In this document: positions 58,701 to 64,000 of the stretch, piece after piece
Layout of the letters: each line of letters opens with the position of its first letter
Numbering within the stretch: position 1 is the first letter of the stretch
Virus record (IMG/VR): IMGVR_UViG_3300015615_000629
Span: 64,001 to 128,000 of that record
Length of the DNA stretch: 64,000 bases
Strand: one strand, 5' to 3'
Source of the DNA: a virus
Taxonomy: Duplodnaviria > Heunggongvirae > Uroviricota > Caudoviricetes
Program-made: the position numbers and the translations under genes
Notes under the pieces: generated by a model
Seen by the model: the letters and a program-made list of their open reading frames with translations, nothing else
Database searches by the model: none
What the model was told of the DNA's origin: nothing

Positions 58701-59094
58701 GGTAGCTTTACAGATAAACGACGGAAACATTGTTGTAATTCAAAACGCTAGCATTGTTACTCCAAGTGTTACAAATTCTACTCGTGGGCTTTGGATACAA
58801 CAAAATCCATCTAGTTCTTCTTCGGGAGGAGATGGCGGGGATGGAGGAGATGGTGAGGACGGCGAAGGGCCGACTCCGACACCAGGGCCGACAGACGATG
58901 GCAGTATTACCTCTTCCGCTACTGCTAGTGGATTTGGCTGTGATGACGAGAATCAGTATAGAGGGGTTCCGGTTGGGCCGGGCTGTCAGAAGGGCAACAG
59001 AACGTGTTCGAGCACTAATGGGGCGTTGGTGCCTGCTATTACGGTCTGCACGGCAAGAGATTATTTCCAATCAATTCAACCAAACACAACATGA
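55765..59094 (+). CDS. Large Thr/Ser-rich protein, probably virion-associated
   Basis: 1109 aa, beta-rich segments, Gly/Asp/Pro low-complexity linker and Cys tail; CTAAATA upstream. Confidence 0.55.
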   Translation: MATLTVKDITFEQALYSLTTTETIQLLLDNDFIDTSKTGTSTAAGVKTVIQNEITNKRFKHWDIEDLTIDGIMQVLYTMVSTSDSDTAAVISFLTAHPTTIKATIGTNFALDKSTIVTDTVLDRINNDDFGSVTSNRKRFYAYTWRNNLQATIDDPDVDNLISKQDSLASGVGRIIQYKTPSLSFTQPVDTLTSPAAIWDKIKTEPLGHRVVYPLFSATMMQRPCQQLLFSAIPSSGTYTLTYNGNTTATINWNDSRTTVISKVQSMVSVSEPTTIVDVVPFTASSANTYFVTDYAGNYQHWGFRIYFYPTNPAPYAEAGLKTLMTVTNSLNVSATMSATFTTHPFDALDESGALFKTPTTSVPFDGPYRTKYKTHMAALYTAWFEAFAALPVDPVYGPPTIDYVMIDQESESLYPFYTFKLDFTRTGDTSYQDESWKAIGADPRFATDLAPRLGNFVAKDVTNIGSYASNSPRFWDGDVSGAYYNGYDMEKIKKHYVWDSVDIDRLAEHLHECVYLPCKAVYPNVMGSNYASYPNSISYRFSNLEDRNKFWSMGGFTGTSASSYFYGEELSTNLTIDELPSQTQEPDSNPRSTTDPLSRIKIKHMVRSNGVVTLSIFNSNDIDDGTAARKRGNKQFLTNLQVGDQFTINGVINGQNNTNSTLVGAIDARFAPATAFNFIGYLKMVDLFTITSITNDPVTDEPTILTYNDDRADQTYAPSGSVSTTSLSSSPTANQVQINTSTNLVSTYGWVSGTTVITVEVKDVVGCPEANGLFLGYINGNNSFRLVNFSLQAVTSSTTGTGGTWAVVTDGLGGGLPPHISTYDSWRNFNVAIRKLRSIFVPAHIPLNMWITTKFYHGYPEYKESDLYQEQLYHILLHSRDFRLLYYQENETFRTYTYDKLVSNILKEADELFGYDDIKPLPVNYKNITLRESYILSGVQCHGKKIYRFTPQFGSEARQVEDPIDVTMDNVVISAANPVALQINDGNIVVIQNASIVTPSVTNSTRGLWIQQNPSSSSSGGDGGDGGDGEDGEGPTPTPGPTDDGSITSSATASGFGCDDENQYRGVPVGPGCQKGNRTCSSTNGALVPAITVCTARDYFQSIQPNTT

Positions 59095-59294
59095 TAACAT
59101 TTGAAGAATGGTTCTTTAAAAGAAAAGCAGATAAAACTGCTGTTGGAAGTGACGATGAAACGGTTGTTTTAAATAAAAAACAACCTGGGAAATTGCCTAG
59201 AGTAGGCAAGAAACCGATAAATTTGAGGCCAGGAGATAAGTTTACTAAAACCGACAAGGGCTGGCACGTTCAGGTTAATTTAGACGCGAATTAG
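59091..59294 (+). CDS. Small protein with FEEW N-terminal motif
   Basis: MITFEEWFFK; coupled to the upstream gene. Confidence 0.5.
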   Translation: MITFEEWFFKRKADKTAVGSDDETVVLNKKQPGKLPRVGKKPINLRPGDKFTKTDKGWHVQVNLDAN

Positions 59295-59756
59295 CTTGTA
59301 CTGTCTTTGTAGAATTCCTGAACTGGCCATCCACGACTTATATCTTGTGGCTGTTACAATACCACTTTTCATGTCGTTTATGAATTGGGTTCTGCCAAAA
59401 CTACAATCACTGAAATGATATAGAAATTGGGATTGCCAAAAGTAATTTACAACAGTTTCGCATAATTTATTGATTTCCGAATCCGACTCACGATAAGAAT
59501 ACCCATCTTCTAAGCAAACTAAACCATCGTCTGTTTGATGGGGCAGAGACAAAACGTGTCCATCTTTATTTGTAACATAAAGCGATTGGAAAAAGTAATC
59601 GTCAACACGACCAATCTCAATAAAGAATTTCATCTCAGGAAATTCTAGGTTATGTGTCCTACTATCAACCACAATAGTTCGCTTTTTAGATAGAATCTCG
59701 CAAACTCCAATATAGGAATTCTCATATTCCTTATGTTGATAGATTTCGATCTTCAT
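59280..59756 (-). CDS. Prokaryotic E2-like paralogue 7
   Basis: KRTI, FPEMKF, LPHQTDDGLVCL, FWQSQF. Confidence 0.55.
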   Translation of the reverse strand: MKIEIYQHKEYENSYIGVCEILSKKRTIVVDSRTHNLEFPEMKFFIEIGRVDDYFFQSLYVTNKDGHVLSLPHQTDDGLVCLEDGYSYRESDSEINKLCETVVNYFWQSQFLYHFSDCSFGRTQFINDMKSGIVTATRYKSWMASSGILQRQYKLIRV

Positions 59757-59922
59757 GGAGGAACTTAGAAAGGCCGTAAGTTACTTTTTTGGTTGATTTG
59801 GGCGGCTTTTTATAAGTTCTCTTAGTACGTGGAGCGAGCATTCGTTGACGCCATGCTTCCATTTCTTCTGGCGTGTCAAACTGTCTAGTTTGTCCTCTAA
59901 TTGTCAACTCATATGCTGCCAT
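59731..59922 (-). CDS. Small basic hypothetical protein
   Basis: 63 aa ORF. Confidence 0.45.
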   Translation of the reverse strand: MAAYELTIRGQTRQFDTPEEMEAWRQRMLAPRTKRTYKKPPKSTKKVTYGLSKFLHEDRNLST

Positions 59923-59944
59923 CCTGGCATTATAATATAAAAAC

Positions 59945-60640
59945 TTAGATTTTCAAGTTATTTTTAATTAATTTGTCCGGATTCCAGAATTTGCCTCTTA
60001 CATAATCTGGCCTTACCATTTTATAACGATAAAGCATCTTCTGTCCGTCACCAATTTTGATATAAATTCCTTCTCGTAAGTCCTTTGAATATTCGGACTT
60101 AGAGCCATACATGGCTGCCAATTCTTCATAGGATTTTAATTTACCTTTAAATAAAAGAGGAGGCACAATAAAGCCTCTTTCTTGGAGAATATTCCTTGTT
60201 TGGTTTGGGTCTAGGAAGAATTTATTCTCGTAATCGTACAGATCGAATGCAATAAAGTAATCTGGAAGGTCTGTATAGTCGATGCCATGTTTGGCCCACA
60301 TCCATTCGCCATAGACGACATAAGGCAAATCGACAAACTTATCTTTATTCTCGTAATACCAATTCCAAATAGGAGCATATTGCTTTTTAGCCGCTGTATT
60401 TTTAATATTGCCTTTATTAAGAATTCTATCTTTATTTCGGATAATTGGTGGTTCGCTAAACATAGCGAGAATACCGATATTGGTTCCGTCAACTTTTTCT
60501 TCAACGGTTAGTTCGTGATTAAAAACATCATCATGCTCAACAAGGATATCATCCTTGTCAAGATTTGGATTATATTTGAGGTGTGGTGTTCGTGGGAAGG
60601 GCGGGAGGTAATCCTGCCTTTTCTTTTCGTAATCTTTCAT
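59945..60640 (-). CDS. RNA ligase (second copy)
   Basis: FPRTPHL, EEKVDGTN, YGEW..AKHGI.Y, AFDLY, REGIYIK, KMVR. Confidence 0.85.
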   Translation of the reverse strand: MKDYEKKRQDYLPPFPRTPHLKYNPNLDKDDILVEHDDVFNHELTVEEKVDGTNIGILAMFSEPPIIRNKDRILNKGNIKNTAAKKQYAPIWNWYYENKDKFVDLPYVVYGEWMWAKHGIDYTDLPDYFIAFDLYDYENKFFLDPNQTRNILQERGFIVPPLLFKGKLKSYEELAAMYGSKSEYSKDLREGIYIKIGDGQKMLYRYKMVRPDYVRGKFWNPDKLIKNNLKI

Positions 60641-60646
60641 AGTAAT

Positions 60647-61117
60647 TTACTCGTGATTTAGTCTTAGACATAGTTCTTGATCTATTGCTTCAATTAGTTC
60701 AGACGAGATTTCAATTTGGTCAGGGAGAGTGCTGGGATATTGTCGAGCAGTTTTAACAATTTCATCCCACTGTTTCTGTTGTTTTTCGGATAATTTGGTG
60801 TTAAATGTAGGGGCTTTATCTCTCACATAATCGTTGAATCTGTCACAATTCCTTTTGAATTCAATTTCTGGAGGTAGAATTGTGTTTAATTCAACTTTTT
60901 CTGGCAGGATTTCGGCTAGTTCGCTATGGAACCAGCAAGCGTTGTGTCCTTTTGGCTTGAATATATCACGAACTAAATCCCTTGCCTTTTGGAGGCTTTG
61001 TTTTAGTTCGTCCAGGGACATGTTTTCAATGTCTGGATCACATGACTTGTCTGACATCTTTAATGGTGACTTCAGAGCCATTTGGAAAGTAAAGGGATTT
61101 TGTTCGATAATGAGCAC
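60647..61117 (-). CDS. Hypothetical protein
   Basis: GHNACW...LPE motif; real start probably MSDKS. Confidence 0.5.
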   Translation of the reverse strand: MLIIEQNPFTFQMALKSPLKMSDKSCDPDIENMSLDELKQSLQKARDLVRDIFKPKGHNACWFHSELAEILPEKVELNTILPPEIEFKRNCDRFNDYVRDKAPTFNTKLSEKQQKQWDEIVKTARQYPSTLPDQIEISSELIEAIDQELCLRLNHE

Positions 61118-61292
61118 GTGGTACTACATATTCAATTTCCATTATAAGCCCTTCGTTCACGCATTCATCTAGAACTTGGACAAAATCGATATCTTTTTTG
61201 AAAAACTGTTCTGGGATTTTGGAGATAAGTTCTGTGCCTTTGACGGGGCCAGATTCTTCGACGTAGTTTCTAATCCATTCTTTAATATCCAT
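61038..61292 (-). CDS. Small winged-helix-like hypothetical protein
   Basis: 84 aa ORF. Confidence 0.45.
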   Translation of the reverse strand: MDIKEWIRNYVEESGPVKGTELISKIPEQFFKKDIDFVQVLDECVNEGLIMEIEYVVPRAHYRTKSLYFPNGSEVTIKDVRQVM

Positions 61293-61827
61293 TTTTTAAG
61301 ATTTCCTCTTGCGAAATAGGGTTGCATGGCCAACCTCGCTCTGATTCATATTGGTCAAATTTATAAGTGGTCTCTCCTGCTGCTACCGAGATAATATCCG
61401 GTACAAAATATGTAGACCATAACATGTTAATGGCACTGTTACATAAGGATTCTATGGTGGATTCTCTAATTAAAAACCTAGCATCTCCCAAACAGACAAA
61501 TCTAAAGTTATCAACATGAGACAGACCAATAATGTCCCAAACATGATCGTCGTTCAAATTTTTAAGGAACCCCATTCTAATGCCAGCAAAAATGTATCGC
61601 CGGCTCGTCCCCTGCCTGAGTGGATTTGATCTCAACCAAACTTCATAAAGACATCTTGGAATTTCGATAAACTTAGGGACGACATTATATCCGGTTTGGA
61701 ATAACAATGTACGTTTCTTTGATTCGTCTACAAGGTGACATTTGATATAGAAGTTTTCTTCCGTCTTCACTTGATAGTAGCGTTTAATTTCCATACTATT
61801 CCTCTGCTTTTGACCCACACAAGTCAT
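61282..61827 (-). CDS. Prokaryotic E2-like paralogue 8
   Basis: KRTL, IPRCLY, LSHVDNFRFVCLG, LWSTYF. Confidence 0.5.
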   Translation of the reverse strand: MTCVGQKQRNSMEIKRYYQVKTEENFYIKCHLVDESKKRTLLFQTGYNVVPKFIEIPRCLYEVWLRSNPLRQGTSRRYIFAGIRMGFLKNLNDDHVWDIIGLSHVDNFRFVCLGDARFLIRESTIESLCNSAINMLWSTYFVPDIISVAAGETTYKFDQYESERGWPCNPISQEEILKNGY

Positions 61828-62566
61828 TTAAGGTAATATTTGGAATCAATTTGACAGCGATTTCATCGGCTTTTGCTTGCAGGGCCTCTTTGCCTTCCGG
61901 TGTTTTCAACCAGTCCCAATATGCCCAAACATCAGGAAAAGGATTTTTGCCATCTTCTACTTTAATTTTGTCGGCTGCCAGTAAATCTTCTGCTAAGTGT
62001 TTTGCTCTCGCATTGATTGTTGGCACATGTTCCTTCAAAAGTTTGGATTCATAAGGCAAATGAATTTCTGGAGTTGCCATAAAGAACAAGAATGAGTGGC
62101 TTGGAGTTGAACTTTCTCCCAAAGCTACATCCCATTCTTTACCTCTAGCCTCCCATTGTTTTCGCGTCATTTCTTCTGGATGATCCGTGTTGTTCCAGTA
62201 AGGATAAGGTTCGACGCCTTCGATGCTCTCCCATGCTTCGGTTAAGGTTCTATTGCCGCAAAATAAAAGGGCAAGAATCTTATTTCTGCCCTGTTTGCAA
62301 CCAATTTCACAACGGTAATCATATTCCGATGTTTGACGACCTTGGTGTTCCTTAAGAACCCTTTTCCAAGCCTTGTCTAAGTAACGATCTTTTGTCCCTT
62401 TTAAGGTGTGTCCGTCTAAGTCTCGAACCGCTATCTGGATGATATCTTTCTTTGATTGGTTCTCAGCCATTTCCCTAAGAAAATTGCAATTGTTGTGGAA
62501 GAATTCAGAAAGTTCTTTAAAATTAAAATTGGGCAACTTGTAACCGTTGTAGATTTTAGTGCTCAT
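61796..62566 (-). CDS. Conserved hypothetical phage protein
   Basis: MSTKIYNGY...YWNNTDHPE...W..R..EW. Confidence 0.6.
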   Translation of the reverse strand: MSTKIYNGYKLPNFNFKELSEFFHNNCNFLREMAENQSKKDIIQIAVRDLDGHTLKGTKDRYLDKAWKRVLKEHQGRQTSEYDYRCEIGCKQGRNKILALLFCGNRTLTEAWESIEGVEPYPYWNNTDHPEEMTRKQWEARGKEWDVALGESSTPSHSFLFFMATPEIHLPYESKLLKEHVPTINARAKHLAEDLLAADKIKVEDGKNPFPDVWAYWDWLKTPEGKEALQAKADEIAVKLIPNITLNDLCGSKAEE

Positions 62567-62859
62567 TTTATGTCCGGAACTACTTTTATCCTTGTGGCGA
62601 TTCCGTCGGTGAATCTTATCACGTAACGCTTGAGTCCATTTGAGATAAACATATCCAAATGTGTGTCTTTGATAAGAATAGGTTCTTCAAGTGCCTCGCC
62701 ATCAAACCAACCAGACGACATTTGCCATAGTTTACCGTCTTTGTCGATTTTATAATCAGTAAGCGTGCTATCTAAAGCCTTTGTCTGAAACTGAATTCCA
62801 GCCGGATCGGTCCCATCGGGCAGATCCATTTCAACGGTAACGGTGTCATACATTCCCAT
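62563..62859 (-). CDS. Conserved hypothetical phage protein
   Basis: MGMYD...FQTK.L...Y.I..DG.L...FTDG. Confidence 0.6.
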   Translation of the reverse strand: MGMYDTVTVEMDLPDGTDPAGIQFQTKALDSTLTDYKIDKDGKLWQMSSGWFDGEALEEPILIKDTHLDMFISNGLKRYVIRFTDGIATRIKVVPDIK

Positions 62860-63326
62860 TATAGTTCCAAAATAAGTTCCGGATTATTGTCAAAAACGCA
62901 GAGACTTTCGGAAAAATCTTTTAATTTATGAGTCGGGTATCGCTCCATAAGTTTGGCAACAATCTTGTCGTGCCAATTTTCTTCCCAATACCTGCAACAT
63001 CCGCTATCTTGGTCATTCAAAGCAGCATACATATCTGTCTTGTTTTCCCGAACATATTGTTCAACGATAGAAAAATCTTCCTCCGAAACAGAAAAAACGT
63101 TTCTACATTGAAAATCAATAGGTTTTTCAGCAACCAATAAGGTAAATTCTTCATCAATTGGGAATAACGTAAGACGACCATGTGTTTGTAGGCTTCGCGT
63201 TGCCAAAAAATCACTTACCGAAATCTGACAAGGCAAATCTATCGCTTTGTCAATCGGGTCTCTCTTTTTGAGGCCGACCACCAATGGGATGAGCAAACTT
63301 GTTAGTCCAAAACTTCTGCGGTTCAC
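62859..63326 (-). CDS. Hypothetical protein with twin-arginine-like signal
   Basis: MNRRSFGLTSLL. Confidence 0.5.
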   Translation of the reverse strand: MNRRSFGLTSLLIPLVVGLKKRDPIDKAIDLPCQISVSDFLATRSLQTHGRLTLFPIDEEFTLLVAEKPIDFQCRNVFSVSEEDFSIVEQYVRENKTDMYAALNDQDSGCCRYWEENWHDKIVAKLMERYPTHKLKDFSESLCVFDNNPELILEL

Positions 63327-63580
63327 TTTTCTTGTTCCTTGTTAGCTAGATTCGTGTTGGCATTGATGGCATCGGCAAGACCTTGAAGTTCCGTCGCGTG
63401 AAAGAAGACGTCTTTCAATTGATTAGCAGTCAGTTGTGACAAAACGCTGTTAATACATATCGCCAAATAGCAAGCACCGTCACCACGAATAAAATACCCA
63501 GGCCAGTCGTCGCCAAATTGAACAGCCCCCGTTTCGACGCGGGGCTCAACTTTAGGCATCTGCTGAATTCCCATTATCAC
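63323..63580 (-). CDS. Hypothetical protein
   Basis: RVETG.VQFGDDWPG.FIRGD. Confidence 0.55.
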   Translation of the reverse strand: MIMGIQQMPKVEPRVETGAVQFGDDWPGYFIRGDGACYLAICINSVLSQLTANQLKDVFFHATELQGLADAINANTNLANKEQEK

Positions 63581-63843
63581 TGAACCTCAATTGTCGTATG
63601 TTTCTTAATAGACATTTTCTTCGCTTCATATACGCTTACATTGTCGCCATATCTTTGGATATAAGAAATCACTTCGCCCTTGGTTTTAAATTCACGAACC
63701 TCCTTATATTGTTCGGTTCGTTCCGGATATCCATGACCTGGATTCGTTCTGGATCGCTCATCCCCTGGAATATAAACGCTTACCTCACTCACAACCAAAT
63801 AGATTAGATCGTCAGAATTAACTGGAGTTGGCGGCTCAGTCAC
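63577..63843 (-). CDS. Hypothetical protein
   Basis: IPGDERSRTNPGHGYPE motif. Confidence 0.55.
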   Translation of the reverse strand: MTEPPTPVNSDDLIYLVVSEVSVYIPGDERSRTNPGHGYPERTEQYKEVREFKTKGEVISYIQRYGDNVSVYEAKKMSIKKHTTIEVQ

Positions 63844-64000
63844 AATTCACCTAACGTAAAAAACAGGTGCTTTGGTTGGAAAAGGCAATCGGTAATTATC
63901 CGGCAGCAAATAAGCATGGTCTCGATCTACAGGCACCTTCACTATATCACAAAAACCGTCAGTGACAATTAACAAAGGACCATTAGCTGGGAAATCATTA

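Larger units (their letters stand above)
1..64000. other. Fragment of a large (jumbo-type) bacteriophage genome, host possibly Planctomycetota
   Basis: Many short co-oriented hypothetical ORFs, a tRNA array, several HNH/LAGLIDADG endonucleases, two RNA ligases and isolated host-like genes without operon context. No capsid or terminase gene is recognisable in this window. Confidence 0.8.

Noticed and set aside
1-64000. Stop-codon reassignment (suggested by the phage release factor and tRNAs)
   Set aside because: Genes are intact under code 11. TAA, TAG and TGA all end recognisable genes, and no suppressor anticodon was found.
1-64000. CRISPR array
   Set aside because: No regularly spaced direct repeats with unique spacers were seen. 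The helicase repeats are coding.

Overview
This 64 kb window looks like part of a large (jumbo-type) bacteriophage genome. It has dense, mostly minus-strand ORFs and no core housekeeping operons. It carries homing endonucleases, a tRNA array, RNA repair enzymes and many host-like genes: ClpX, an ARC-like AAA ATPase, CsrA, RNAP alpha-CTD, an RF1-like release factor, an ACP-like protein, a WGR-PARP and glycosyltransferases. The style of the CsrA and alpha-CTD proteins suggests a Planctomycetota host (inference). The main finding lies upstream of the tRNA array. A sigma70 promoter drives an unannotated 23-codon leader peptide (52690-52761, minus strand). Twenty of its 23 codons belong to the six amino-acid families encoded by the array (Ala, Val, Glu, Met, Gly, Pro). 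Mutually exclusive hairpins and an intrinsic terminator follow, arranged so that ribosome stalling would switch tRNA transcription on, which makes it a candidate multi-tRNA-sensing attenuator. Other notable features: tandem MoxR-AAA/VWA pairs fused to L7/L12, alpha-CTD and DUF2934-like domains; eight dispersed E2-like paralogues; a heptamer repeat that frameshifts a putative glycosyltransferase; a tRNA-like RNA with an enlarged anticodon arm; and an orphan TnpB-type omega-RNA/right end. All family calls come from motif recognition by eye, with no database search.
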